Notes: generated from the sequence alone by a model not told the origin. A DNA stretch of 64,000 bases from an uncultured Pseudomonadota bacterium (GCA_902761535.1 CACWKS010000004.1:5357-69356); one strand, 5' to 3'. Shown: positions 40,175-50,213, counted from the first letter of the stretch. Numbers and translations are program-made.

Positions 40175-40594
40175 ATGTCGATGAAAAAAATAATATTTTT
40201 GGTTATTATAATGCTTTTAGCGATGAGTTATGCTCAGGCTCAGCGTTTTGAAAAAGATAAAAAAACTGATTTTTTTATTCCGGATACAATAGATTTTAAT
40301 GCACCGGAAAAAATACCGTCTAAAATCAGAAAAACATCATCTTTACAAAAGACAGATAATTTGAATGAACCGAATAATGTTCCTTTTTATAAGTTTAAAT
40401 ATGACGAATATATAAATGATATTATGGCTTATTACAGTAGTGGCGAAATGCCGAAAAATCCTGTTCTTGAAAAAGATTTGGCCGAAATGAACAGTGAAGA
40501 ACCGATAGAAATTACGGCACCGGCACCGAATAAACTTACATCTTATGAAATGGGCGAATTTTATAAATTGTATCAAAAAATTTTGAATAATTAA
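40175..40594 (+). CDS. Small exported hypothetical protein. The ORF track starts at 40058; the signal-peptide start is 40175.
   Basis: MSMKKIIFLVIIMLLAMSYAQA signal peptide. Confidence 0.5.
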   Translation: MSMKKIIFLVIIMLLAMSYAQAQRFEKDKKTDFFIPDTIDFNAPEKIPSKIRKTSSLQKTDNLNEPNNVPFYKFKYDEYINDIMAYYSSGEMPKNPVLEKDLAEMNSEEPIEITAPAPNKLTSYEMGEFYKLYQKILNN

Positions 40595-41058
40595 AACTCT
40601 ACGGCATACATATCGGTAATAATCCAATGCGAATCGCTGTATTTCATAACATAAATAATGTTGCCGTTGCAAAGGCCAAACCAATTACCATTGCATGAAC
40701 TTTTGGTGCGGACTTCGATAAGACCATCGGCACGAGGGGTAATTTTATCAATTTGATAAGACTGAAAAGTCGGTCTTTGGAGACTCTCATCTTGCATAAA
40801 TACAAAAGACGGCAAAACATCTTTAGCTTTTTCGCAATCATCAAAATCGGGATTGATGATGCATTTGACGGCGGTATTGATAGTGCAAATCATTTCGGAA
40901 GGCGAAGAGCAACCGGTTGAAAGATTATCAAGGTTAAATGAAAAGACGGTTTCTTGGTCAATAGACGGGGTTTCAGCCTGAGCTTTAGTTGACGAATCGG
41001 GAGATTTGGAGCAAGCCGATAATATTAGTATAAAAGCAAAGAAAATCAGTTTTTTCAT
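40591..41058 (-). CDS. Cys-rich lipoprotein, hypothetical.
   Basis: Lipobox ILILSAC. Eight Cys in the mature part. Confidence 0.55.
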   Translation of the reverse strand: MKKLIFFAFILILSACSKSPDSSTKAQAETPSIDQETVFSFNLDNLSTGCSSPSEMICTINTAVKCIINPDFDDCEKAKDVLPSFVFMQDESLQRPTFQSYQIDKITPRADGLIEVRTKSSCNGNWFGLCNGNIIYVMKYSDSHWIITDMYAVEF

Positions 41059-41159
41059 GAGGCGAATCCTTAAGAGTTGTTTTTTTTAATATAATAAAAA
41101 TAAAATAAAAAAGGAAGAGTAAAAACTCTTCCTTTTTATAAATGTCAACTCTTTGAGAA

Positions 41160-41738
41160 TTAGAAGTTGTATTTAACACCCAAAGAATATTCCATCAAGT
41201 GGTCCATATTTTCCAATTTGTCGGCCCAAATGTAACGAACGATACCGCGAACAGCGATGTGGTTGGTAACGTTGTATTGCATACCGGCACCCAAACGATA
41301 GCCTAAACCGTTGTCTTCAGATTTTTCGCTTCCATCGGGACCAAAGTCAATTTTAGTGGTATAGTCATAATTGGCAATACCGGCAGTTCCCAAGAGAGAG
41401 AATACGCGGTCGCAACCTAAAGGCAAATAACCGTAAAGGTCTAAACCATAAGCAGCAAAGTCAGATTTTACTTTAGCATCCTCGAATTTCTTATGCCATT
41501 TGTTAGAATTTTGATAGAAAACTTCTGTTCCGAAGAAACGATTGTAGTCAGCACCCAAAAATACCGAATAAGTGTGCATATCAACATTTGAGCTGAGGTT
41601 TTCTTCAAGAGCAGGAACAGTGTTGCCACTGGTCAAGTTGTATTGAGCACCAACATAAGGTCTGAATTCCAAAGCATTGGCAGAAGAAGCCAAAGCAATA
41701 GCTGAAACAGCAGCTAATAAAGCAATATTTTTATTCAT
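41160..41738 (-). CDS. Small outer-membrane beta-barrel protein, Omp25/Omp31/OmpA-like. The ORF extends to 41783.
   Basis: Signal peptide MNKNIALLAAVSAIALASSANA. Alternating amphipathic strands. C-terminal ...GVKYNF with an aromatic terminus. Downstream hairpin terminator at about 41125-41152. Confidence 0.75.
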   Translation of the reverse strand: MNKNIALLAAVSAIALASSANALEFRPYVGAQYNLTSGNTVPALEENLSSNVDMHTYSVFLGADYNRFFGTEVFYQNSNKWHKKFEDAKVKSDFAAYGLDLYGYLPLGCDRVFSLLGTAGIANYDYTTKIDFGPDGSEKSEDNGLGYRLGAGMQYNVTNHIAVRGIVRYIWADKLENMDHLMEYSLGVKYNF

Positions 41739-41880
41739 AAAAAAACTCCTTTTATAAAACTTAAGTTTAATAACGCAAATCACTATAAACTAATTTTAAA
41801 AAAATGGAAGTAAAAAATTACACAAATTGTTGTTTAATAGATAAAATAATGTTACAATGCCGATGGAAAGGGAGATTGTA

Positions 41881-42489
41881 ATGAATAAAAAACTAGTAAA
41901 TCAGATGGGTTCCAGCATGATTGAGATGTTGGGAGTATTGTCAGTGGCAGGAATGTTGGGTTACGGAGTATTAAAAATTATAGGAACAGTTCATAATTTG
42001 TTTATTCAAAACATGATAGTCAGTGAGGCGCACGATTTGCAAAAGAAAATCTCGGAACGTTACAGTTTTGAAGGGGTGTATGATACTACATTGTTTAGTG
42101 GTAGAACTTGTGAAGGAGAGGATGAGGTAGCAGAATATATTTGTCAGCAAAAATTGGCACCTACTCAAATGTGTTCTAACAAGAAATTGCGACATCGCGG
42201 CGGCGGTGATGTTAAAATATGCCAAAGTGAAGATGATAATGATAAATATGTTATGACCTTTTACGGATTGCCAAAAACAGCCTGTGTTTCATTGGTACAA
42301 TCTGATTGGTATACCAGAAAAAAATCATATATATACAGTATGGTGGTTAACGGAGAAAACGGAACAACAATATATTCAAATTATATTCCAGGTAATCATG
42401 GAGATAATGTTTTTCCGGTTAGTGCGGCAAAGGCTATGGCTATTTGTAATAATGAAGATGATAATACTGTGCAGATGACGTTTTTTTAA
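41881..42489 (+). CDS. Type IV pilin / pseudopilin-like protein. It has a class III (prepilin) signal peptide and a Cys-rich globular domain. The ORF opens at 41857.
   Basis: GGGAG SD before the ATG at 41881. Leader MNKKLVNQMG, then SSMIEMLGVLSVAGMLGYGVL with Glu at +5 after Gly. Six Cys downstream. Confidence 0.5.
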   Translation: MNKKLVNQMGSSMIEMLGVLSVAGMLGYGVLKIIGTVHNLFIQNMIVSEAHDLQKKISERYSFEGVYDTTLFSGRTCEGEDEVAEYICQQKLAPTQMCSNKKLRHRGGGDVKICQSEDDNDKYVMTFYGLPKTACVSLVQSDWYTRKKSYIYSMVVNGENGTTIYSNYIPGNHGDNVFPVSAAKAMAICNNEDDNTVQMTFF

Positions 42490-42503
42490 TAAAGGAATCG
42501 CAA

Positions 42504-42926
42504 TTGTTTAAAGTTGAAGATGTTAATAAAAGTGCAGAGCTGACAGGTACAAAAGCGAATCGAAGAATAAGCTCCGGTGAAGATTTTGCACAATATTTGA
42601 ACATTGGAAGAAGTAATGAAGCACAAAATGTGCGTTCGACTGCGGCAGTGGCTTCGGCTGATGCAATTTTTGCCACACAAATGATTACAGATGAAGAAAA
42701 GAAACAAATCAGAGAAAAGGTAATAAAAAAAGCGAAAATTTTATTGGATAAATTAGATGAAATTCGTGACGGATTGTTGGTTGGAGAAATTGCAAAAGAT
42801 AAGTTGATTGAAATTTCACGTTTTGTAAAGCAGAGAGATACAAGCAGTGATGATGAAAGGTTAAATGAAATAATAGCAGAAATTGAGCTAAGGGTTGAAG
42901 TTGAGCTGGCAAAACTTACGAGATAA
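42504..42926 (+). CDS. Hypothetical coiled-coil protein with weak resemblance to FlgM-type anti-sigma C-termini.
   Basis: ORF with a predicted helical C-terminus (LLVGEIAKDKLIEISRFV). Followed by a bidirectional terminator. Confidence 0.4.
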   Translation: MFKVEDVNKSAELTGTKANRRISSGEDFAQYLNIGRSNEAQNVRSTAAVASADAIFATQMITDEEKKQIREKVIKKAKILLDKLDEIRDGLLVGEIAKDKLIEISRFVKQRDTSSDDERLNEIIAEIELRVEVELAKLTR

Positions 42927-42957
42927 AAAAAGACGCTTTTCAAAAGCGTCTTTTTTT
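42925..42957. terminator. Bidirectional intrinsic terminator.
   Basis: aaaaaa-agacgctttt-c-aaaagcgtct-ttttttt, a perfect 10-bp inverted repeat flanked by A6 and T7. Confidence 0.7.
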
Positions 42958-42962
42958 AGAGG

Positions 42963-43217
42963 TTAAACATCTAATGCCTTGCGATATATATCTAAAAGTT
43001 GTTCTTGTTCATCACGGTCAGCGGCATTCATTTTACGTAATTTAATAACCGCTTTCATGATTTTGGTGTCGAAACCGGCTGATTTAGCTTCGGCAAATAT
43101 GTCGCGAATATCACCGGAAAGGGCCTTTTTTTCTTCTTCCAAATGTTCAATGCGTTCAACCAGAGAACGTAATCTGTCAGCGGCAATTCCGCCAACTTCG
43201 GTTTTTTCATCACTCAT
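42963..43217 (-). CDS. gapR: GapR-like DUF2312 nucleoid-associated protein.
   Basis: LRSLVERIEHLEEEKKALSGDIRDIFAEAKSAGFDTKIMKAVIKLRK matches the alphaproteobacterial GapR/DUF2312 consensus. Confidence 0.8.
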   Translation of the reverse strand: MSDEKTEVGGIAADRLRSLVERIEHLEEEKKALSGDIRDIFAEAKSAGFDTKIMKAVIKLRKMNAADRDEQEQLLDIYRKALDV

Positions 43218-43346
43218 TTTTAATCTCCTTAAAAATTTGATGTTAAACAGATAGCAAATAAAAACTTTTTTGACAAGCTTAAAAATAACTCCTTATTAAC
43301 TTATTTTTTGTTATGTTAAAAGAAACATTTATGAAAGGAATATTTT

Positions 43347-44771
43347 ATGCCAATAGATACTCATACCAAAATTTTAGCTACAATAGGTCCGTCTTCGGCA
43401 AGTAAGAAGCAAATTGCTGAATTGGTTGATGCCGGTGCCGATGCTTTCAGGATTAATTTCAGCCATGGAACATATAAAGAGCATGCTGAGCGAATCAAAT
43501 ATATTCGTAAGCTGGAAAAAGAAAAGGGGCGGCTGATTACAATTGTAGCTGATTTGCAAGGACCTAAATTAAGAGTGGGTGATTTTGCACAAGACAAAGT
43601 GTTGCTTAAGGAAGGGCAAAAGTTTGTTTTGGATATGAAACCTGATTTGGGTGATGAAAAAAGAGTTTGTTTGCCTCATAAAGAGATTTTTGCGGCAGTA
43701 AAAGCCGGTGAGACCTTGTTGGTTAATGACGGGTATATAGAATTGAAAGTTGTTAAATGCGGCAAATCTTCAATTGAAACAACCGTTAAAGTGGGCGGAT
43801 ATATTTCGTCACATAAAGGTGTTAACTTGCCCAACACCAAGCTGAATATATCGGCCATAACCGAAAAAGATAAGAAAGATATAAAATTTGCTTTGGAAAA
43901 TAATGTTGACTGGATAGGTTTATCGTTTGTGCAAAAATTGCAAGATGTTAAAGATTTACGCAAACTGGTAGGAGATAAAGCGAGAATTATATCCAAATTG
44001 GAAAAACCGTCAGCAATAGATGATTTGGAAAATATTGTTAAAGAATCGGATGGTATTATGGTGGCTCGCGGAGATTTGGGTGTTGAGTGTCCGATACAGG
44101 TTGTACCGGTTTTGCAAAAGAGAATTGTTAAACTTTGTCGTATGCAGGCTAAGCCGGTGATTATTGCGACACAAATGCTCGAATCGATGATAGGCAATCC
44201 GACACCTACCAGAGCCGAGGTTTCCGATGTGGCAACGGCTGTTTATGATGGAGCGGATACGGTAATGTTGTCAGCAGAAACAGCGGCAGGAAAATATCCT
44301 GAGGCGGCAGTTAAGATGATGCACAAAATTATATCGCAGGTAGAAAATGATCCGTTGTTTTTTGAAATGATGAGTGCGGCGCGTAAACATCCGTTTATGG
44401 CAAATGAAGCTGATGCAATAACTTTTGCCGCTTCGGAAATATCGTCAGCTTTGAAAGATGTCAGTGCAATAGTCAGTTATTCGTCATCAGGGTTTACAAC
44501 CTTTTTAACCGCGAGTGAAAGACCGGCTTTGCCGATATTAGCATTGTCGCCGGATATAAAAGTGGCTCGTCAGTTGGGAATCGTTTGGGGGGTTAAACCG
44601 CAAGTGAATAAAGATAGTTTTAAGAAGTTTTCCAATGTTGAAGCTTGTGCAATTAAACATGCCAAAGAAGCAGGTTTTGCAAAATCAGGGAATCATATTA
44701 TAATTACAGCCGGTTTTCCGCTTAATTGTAAAGGGCGTACCAATATGTTGCATACGGTTTATATTCCGTAA
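43347..44771 (+). CDS. pyk: Pyruvate kinase.
   Basis: TKILATIGPSS N-terminus. MVARGDLGVE. 474 aa. Confidence 0.92.
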   Translation: MPIDTHTKILATIGPSSASKKQIAELVDAGADAFRINFSHGTYKEHAERIKYIRKLEKEKGRLITIVADLQGPKLRVGDFAQDKVLLKEGQKFVLDMKPDLGDEKRVCLPHKEIFAAVKAGETLLVNDGYIELKVVKCGKSSIETTVKVGGYISSHKGVNLPNTKLNISAITEKDKKDIKFALENNVDWIGLSFVQKLQDVKDLRKLVGDKARIISKLEKPSAIDDLENIVKESDGIMVARGDLGVECPIQVVPVLQKRIVKLCRMQAKPVIIATQMLESMIGNPTPTRAEVSDVATAVYDGADTVMLSAETAAGKYPEAAVKMMHKIISQVENDPLFFEMMSAARKHPFMANEADAITFAASEISSALKDVSAIVSYSSSGFTTFLTASERPALPILALSPDIKVARQLGIVWGVKPQVNKDSFKKFSNVEACAIKHAKEAGFAKSGNHIIITAGFPLNCKGRTNMLHTVYIP

Positions 44772-44782
44772 AGGCAAAAGCT

Positions 44783-45970
44783 ATGGCAAGAGCAATAATT
44801 TTGATGATGGATTCTTTCGGAATCGGCGGTGCTCCCGATGCAAGAGATTTCGGAGATGAAGGGGCTGATACTTTCGGGCATATTGTCGACAGTTTTCCGG
44901 AGATAAAAATTCCTAATTTGGTCAGATTGGGTTTGTTAAAAGCTGCTAATGCGGCCAGCGGAAACAATCGTAAAGTTTCGGAAGAGGGGGCAAAGGTTGA
45001 TTTGCCGTCGGTATACGGACATTGTGTAGAAATAAGTTCAGCCAAAGATACAACGTCCGGTCATTGGGAAATAGCCGGAGTGCCGGTTTTGGAATCGTGG
45101 GGATATTTTAAGCCGGAATATCCTTCTTTTCCGAAAGAGTTGTTGGAACGAATCTGTAAAAAAGCAGGAATAACTGGTTTTTTAGGTAATAAAGCAGCTT
45201 CAGGAACAGTAATAATTCAAGAATTAGGTGAGGAACATATAAAGACAGGTATGCCGATAGGATATACTTCGGCGGATAGCAATTTTCAGATTGCGGCGCA
45301 TGAGAAATATTTCGGTTTGCAAAAGTTGTATGATCTATGTCAGATTGTTTATGAAGAAGTTAAGCCGTATCATATAGCCAGAGTGATAGCGAGACCGTTT
45401 ATCGGTGAAAAAGCGGGAGAATTTGTGAGAACGGGAAATCGTCATGATTATTCGGTTCTGCCGATAGCACCGACTTTGCTTGATGTGGCAAAAGCAAACG
45501 GTCATAAGGTTATTGCGGTGGGAAAAATTTATGATATTTTTGCCGGTTGCGGTGTGGTTGAGAAAAAAACGGCTTCGGGACATCCGGCATTATGGGAAAA
45601 AACTTTTGAAGCAATGCGGGAAGCAGAAGACGGAAGTTTGATTTTTACCAATTTTGTGGATTTTGATATGTTGTACGGGCATCGCAGAGATGTGAAAGGT
45701 TATGCAAAAGCTTTGGAAGAATTTGATGCAATGTTGCCGGAGTTTGTTTCGCAACTTAAAGATGATGATGTGGTTTTTATTTGTGCAGATCACGGAAATG
45801 ATCCGACGGCAAAAGGAACGGATCATACCAGAGAACAAGTGCCGGTTTTGATGTTTGGTCAGAAAATTAAGGCAAAAGATGCGGGAAAAAGGAAAACTTT
45901 TGCCGATATAGGGCAGACGGTTGCGGAGGTTTTAGATTTAAAATTGAATAAAGGGGTATCGTTTTTATGA
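44783..45970 (+). CDS. deoB: Phosphopentomutase.
   Basis: MARAIILMMDSFGIGG. Metalloenzyme-family motifs. 395 aa. Confidence 0.88.
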   Translation: MARAIILMMDSFGIGGAPDARDFGDEGADTFGHIVDSFPEIKIPNLVRLGLLKAANAASGNNRKVSEEGAKVDLPSVYGHCVEISSAKDTTSGHWEIAGVPVLESWGYFKPEYPSFPKELLERICKKAGITGFLGNKAASGTVIIQELGEEHIKTGMPIGYTSADSNFQIAAHEKYFGLQKLYDLCQIVYEEVKPYHIARVIARPFIGEKAGEFVRTGNRHDYSVLPIAPTLLDVAKANGHKVIAVGKIYDIFAGCGVVEKKTASGHPALWEKTFEAMREAEDGSLIFTNFVDFDMLYGHRRDVKGYAKALEEFDAMLPEFVSQLKDDDVVFICADHGNDPTAKGTDHTREQVPVLMFGQKIKAKDAGKRKTFADIGQTVAEVLDLKLNKGVSFL

Positions 45971-46728
45971 GTTGGACAGCTCCTAATTTGCAAAATCAAC
46001 ATTGTTTTTTCGGGCGAAAAGGCGGGGTGAGCAAAGGAGAATTTGCCGGACTGAATGTCAGTCCGAAGGGTTGTGCCGATGAAAAAGAACTGGCGCAAAA
46101 TTTAAGCTTGGTTGCGAAGTTCTTTGATTTAGAAAAGAAAAATTTAGCGTTATTGAATCAAGGAGTAAGCGCTGAAGTTTTTTATATTGAGCAGCCGTCA
46201 AGGTTTGAATTAACCGGTGACGGGATGGTAACCGATAAACCGAATATAATTTTGGGTTTGCGGACGGCAGATTGTGCACCGATTTTGTTGGAAGATAAGC
46301 AAAATAATATTATCGGCGCGGCTCATGCAGGATGGCGAGGTGCTTTGGGTGGCGTGATTGAAAATACGATAGATTTGATGATTAAAAAAGGAGCGGATTT
46401 GCAGAATATTACAGCGGCGGTGGGTCCGTGCATTGCTCAAAAATCGTATGAAGTTGATGATGTTTTTTATCAGACTTTTACTGCTAAAGATAAAAATTAT
46501 GAAAAGTATTTCGCATATAAAAAAAACAAGCATTTTCAATTTGATTTAGAGTGTTTTTGCATTGATAAGTTGAAGAGTTACGGAGTTAAAAATGTAGAGG
46601 CATCGGGTTGTGATACTTATGCAAATGAGGATGAATATTACAGTTTCAGAAGATTTACGCATAAAGGAATGGTTAAATCAAACGGCGGATTTGCCGCGCA
46701 GATGTCTGCTATAGTTATGAGGAAATAA
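45967..46728 (+). CDS. pgeF: YfiH/PgeF family purine nucleoside phosphorylase (laccase-domain protein).
   Basis: RTADCAPILL and GWRG motifs. Confidence 0.8.
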   Translation: MSWTAPNLQNQHCFFGRKGGVSKGEFAGLNVSPKGCADEKELAQNLSLVAKFFDLEKKNLALLNQGVSAEVFYIEQPSRFELTGDGMVTDKPNIILGLRTADCAPILLEDKQNNIIGAAHAGWRGALGGVIENTIDLMIKKGADLQNITAAVGPCIAQKSYEVDDVFYQTFTAKDKNYEKYFAYKKNKHFQFDLECFCIDKLKSYGVKNVEASGCDTYANEDEYYSFRRFTHKGMVKSNGGFAAQMSAIVMRK

Positions 46729-46730
46729 AT

Positions 46731-47462
46731 ATGCGAAGAAAGTTGTTGCCTTTTTATGATGAGCGTAAGTGCAAAATTGATATGATAGTTATTCATAGCA
46801 CGGCCTGCACGCCGCAAAGTGTGGTAAATTCTTTCAGAGAACATAGAGTAAGTTCGCATTATTTGATAGATGAGGGCGGTGAAGTTTGGCAAATTGTTGC
46901 GGAAAGACACAGAGCTTGGCATGCCGGAGTTTCTTCTTGGCAGGGGAAAAATGATATAAATTCTCATTCTATCGGCATTGAATTATCGTCGCCGACTTTA
47001 GGACAAAAGCCATATCCCAAAGCACAAAAAGAGGCGTTGATTGCATTGTTGCAAAGGTTAGTTAAAAAATATAAAATTCAACCGCAGAATATTATCGGAC
47101 ATTCGGATGTTGCGCCGGCTCGCAAGGCAGATCCGGGGAAGGAATTTTTTTGGGAGGAACTGGCTGGTGCAGGTTTCGGGTTGTGGTATGATAAATCATT
47201 TAAATACAGTGTTCAAAAACAAGATGAAAAAGAATTATTGCAAACAATAGGTTATGATACAAGTGATTTAGCGGCGGCGAAATTAGCTTTTTGCCGGCAT
47301 TTTTTGCCAAAGAATATAGCCTATGAGGAAGATGTTTGGGGTATGGAAAAAAAATTGCCGCAGATAATTGAAAAATTTAAGGAACCGAAAGATTTTAGAG
47401 AGGTTTTGATTAATGTTGCTCAGCAATATGCAAGAGCGTCTAAAAAACCTTGTAAAATGTAA
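46731..47462 (+). CDS. N-acetylmuramoyl-L-alanine amidase, AmpD-like (amidase_2).
   Basis: IVIHSTA...HYLID..G...Q.V.....AWHAG motifs. Confidence 0.8.
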   Translation: MRRKLLPFYDERKCKIDMIVIHSTACTPQSVVNSFREHRVSSHYLIDEGGEVWQIVAERHRAWHAGVSSWQGKNDINSHSIGIELSSPTLGQKPYPKAQKEALIALLQRLVKKYKIQPQNIIGHSDVAPARKADPGKEFFWEELAGAGFGLWYDKSFKYSVQKQDEKELLQTIGYDTSDLAAAKLAFCRHFLPKNIAYEEDVWGMEKKLPQIIEKFKEPKDFREVLINVAQQYARASKKPCKM

Positions 47463-47878
47463 GCGGCGGCATTCGCATCGAGTTTTTGTTTGCGTTTGGC
47501 GCGTGACATATCCACTTCGGAGATGAGGAAATTTTCTACGGCTTTGGAAGACAAACGTTCATCCCAAAAGATGTAGGGCAGGGAAATTTCTTTTGCTAAT
47601 TTTGAGGTAAATTGTTCAACTTTGGCGACAGTTTCGCCTTTTTCGCCATTCATCTGCAAAGGCAAACCAAAAACCAAACCGCCGACTTCTTTTTCCGCTA
47701 TAATTTTTTTAATCCGTGCCAAATCTTTATCCCAAGAGGTGCGTTGGATAATGGTTACGGGATTAGCTGTCAGCAACAACAGGTCAGATACGGCGATACC
47801 CAAACGCTTTTCGCCATAATCAAAACCCAAAACAGCTTTGCCCTTGGGTAATAAAGATTTAAATTCACGTATTTCCAT
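47420..47878 (-). CDS. ruvX: Holliday junction resolvase-like protein RuvX (YqgF).
   Basis: GFDYGEKRLGIAVSD N-terminus. Confidence 0.85.
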   Translation of the reverse strand: MEIREFKSLLPKGKAVLGFDYGEKRLGIAVSDLLLLTANPVTIIQRTSWDKDLARIKKIIAEKEVGGLVFGLPLQMNGEKGETVAKVEQFTSKLAKEISLPYIFWDERLSSKAVENFLISEVDMSRAKRKQKLDANAAAYILQGFLDALAYC

Positions 47879-47982
47879 ACGAGTTACTTTATAAATTTGA
47901 GTAAAATTGTCAAGCTGCTAATTGATTTTTAATAAATCTGAAGTATTATTCGGTAAAATGTTTTTTATATAGAGGTGAAAAA

Positions 47983-49296
47983 ATGAAAGCCAAAATTTTT
48001 GCATTTATTGCTGTAATGTTGTTTGCGTTGCCGGCGAGAGCCGACTTAGCGATAGATGTCAGCGGTGCGATGCGTGATCCGATGCCGATAGCAATACCTG
48101 ATATGATTCATGACGGATTTTTCATCGGACAACAAGGAAGTAAAATTCTCAAGGTTGTTGAGGCTGATTTGGAGAGATCCGGTTTGTTTAGAATTATTGA
48201 TGATGACAGTTATATTCAAGAATTTTCATCAATGAGTCAAGAACCGGAATTTGTGGATTGGAAGGCTATCAAAGCTCAGGCTTTGGTGCAAAGTGCTATT
48301 GAAGAGGCAGAAAACGGACAGTTAAAAGTGTCGTTCAGGTTGTGGGATGTGTATGGCGAAAATCAGGTTGCCGGACAATCTTATACTACTACCAAAGATA
48401 ATTGGCGACGAATCGCCCATGTTATTGCCGATACAATTTATGAGCATTTAACCGGAGAAAAGGGGTATTTTGATACTCGCATAGTTTATGTTTCGGAATC
48501 GGGACCGGCAACGAGAAGAATTAAGCGCTTGGCAATTATGGATCAGGATGGGGAAAATCATAAATTTTTGACTGATGGCTCATCAATGGCTTTAACACCG
48601 CGTTTTTCACCTAACTTACAGAAAATTACTTATATGTCGTATGCTAATAATTCACCGAGAGTGTATTTGTTGGATATTGAAACAGGACAGAGAATGTTGC
48701 TGGGTAATTTTCCGGGGATGACTTTTGCGCCGCGTTTCTCACCGGACAGCTCAAAGATTTTGTTGTCTTATGCTTCGGGGGGAAAAACCAATATATATGA
48801 GATGGATTTGAAAACTCGTAAAAATAAACAATTAACTTATGGTCGAGCAATTGATACCAGTCCGAGTTATTCGCCTGACGGAAGTCAAATTGTATTTAAT
48901 TCGGACAGAGGCGGAAATCAACAATTGTATGTGATGGATGCAGATGGTTCCAATGTCAAGAGAATCAGTTTCGGGACAGGGCGTTATGCTACGCCGGTTT
49001 GGTCACCCAGAGGAGATTATATAGCTTTTACTAAGATGGCTAACGGACAATTTTATATCGGGGTGATGTATCCTGACGGAACGGGAGAGAGATTGTTGGC
49101 ATCGGGATATTTGGTTGAAGGACCGACTTGGTCGCCAAACGGACGTGTTTTGATGTATTTCAGACAAGACAGAGGTACAGGGCGTTCTACTTCGCCGGTT
49201 AAGTTATATTCGATTGATTTGACAGGATATAATGAACGTCAGATTATTACTCCGGCCGATGCATCGGATCCGGCATGGTCGCCGTTGTTGCCGTAA
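47983..49296 (+). CDS. tolB: Tol-Pal system beta-propeller protein TolB.
   Basis: Signal peptide. N-terminal TolB domain. Repeated PxxSPDG beta-propeller blades. Confidence 0.9.
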   Translation: MKAKIFAFIAVMLFALPARADLAIDVSGAMRDPMPIAIPDMIHDGFFIGQQGSKILKVVEADLERSGLFRIIDDDSYIQEFSSMSQEPEFVDWKAIKAQALVQSAIEEAENGQLKVSFRLWDVYGENQVAGQSYTTTKDNWRRIAHVIADTIYEHLTGEKGYFDTRIVYVSESGPATRRIKRLAIMDQDGENHKFLTDGSSMALTPRFSPNLQKITYMSYANNSPRVYLLDIETGQRMLLGNFPGMTFAPRFSPDSSKILLSYASGGKTNIYEMDLKTRKNKQLTYGRAIDTSPSYSPDGSQIVFNSDRGGNQQLYVMDADGSNVKRISFGTGRYATPVWSPRGDYIAFTKMANGQFYIGVMYPDGTGERLLASGYLVEGPTWSPNGRVLMYFRQDRGTGRSTSPVKLYSIDLTGYNERQIITPADASDPAWSPLLP

Positions 49297-49298
49297 AA

Positions 49299-50213
49299 TT
49301 ATACGGCTTTAAGTAAATTTTTATAATAGTCTATGACCACGCGAATACGCGGAATATCTTTGGTTTCTTTGTGAGAAATAAGATAGGCTTTGGCGCATAG
49401 ATTGCAGTCAATTTGCGAAAGAAAAACCAAATTGGGAAATTTTTGAGCCAATTTTAAGGGGAGAATTCCGATACCTCCGTTAGCATTGACTATATCGCTG
49501 ACAATAAGGTGGCTATTGGTTAGGCAAAGACCTTTGGCCGGATAAAAAGAATAATTGATTTGGTTTTGAATATGTTCAAGCCAGCAACGGTTTAAGATAA
49601 GTCGATGATGTAAAAGAATATCTTCGAGGTTTTTCGGGGCGGAATGATGTGTCAAATATTCGGATGAAGAAAAGAATCCGCAAGGAGAATCTTTTGATGA
49701 TAATACTACTAAATTTTTGTTTGAGGGAAGATTATAGCTGAGATATAAATCATATTTGTTCTCTTTGATGTTTTGGAGAGAATCGCAAGCGTCAATCGAT
49801 AAAGAAATGTCGGAATATTTATTGAGAAAATTTTCCAGACAGTTAAAGCTCAAAATATTTTTAATGCAGCGGTCACAAGCAATACGAACCTCTCCTTTTA
49901 CGGCTTTTTCTCTTTCTTTAAGGTAGGATACCTGTTTAAGATTATTGATGATTTGCTCGGCGATTGAGAAGGCTTTTTCACCAAAATCAGTTAAAGAACA
50001 GCGGCGGTCATTTACGGTAATGAGCGGTGAACCGAGTTCACGCTCCAGAATATCAATATATTTATTCAAAGTGTCGATGGAAGTGTTCATATTTTTTGCC
50101 GCCATAACTTTTCCATCGTTTGTTTTAACGGCGTATAACATAAAAAGTCCTTCCAAATTAGCCAAGTCCTTTTTATTTAGCATATTAATTCCCCATTCAA
50201 TCATTATCCGCAT
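49299..50213 (-). CDS. LysR-family transcriptional regulator.
   Basis: N-terminal HTH (LEGLFMLYAVKTNDGKVMAAKNMNTSIDTLNKYIDILERELGSPLI). About 300 aa with an LysR substrate-binding fold. Confidence 0.75.
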   Translation of the reverse strand: MRIMIEWGINMLNKKDLANLEGLFMLYAVKTNDGKVMAAKNMNTSIDTLNKYIDILERELGSPLITVNDRRCSLTDFGEKAFSIAEQIINNLKQVSYLKEREKAVKGEVRIACDRCIKNILSFNCLENFLNKYSDISLSIDACDSLQNIKENKYDLYLSYNLPSNKNLVVLSSKDSPCGFFSSSEYLTHHSAPKNLEDILLHHRLILNRCWLEHIQNQINYSFYPAKGLCLTNSHLIVSDIVNANGGIGILPLKLAQKFPNLVFLSQIDCNLCAKAYLISHKETKDIPRIRVVIDYYKNLLKAV

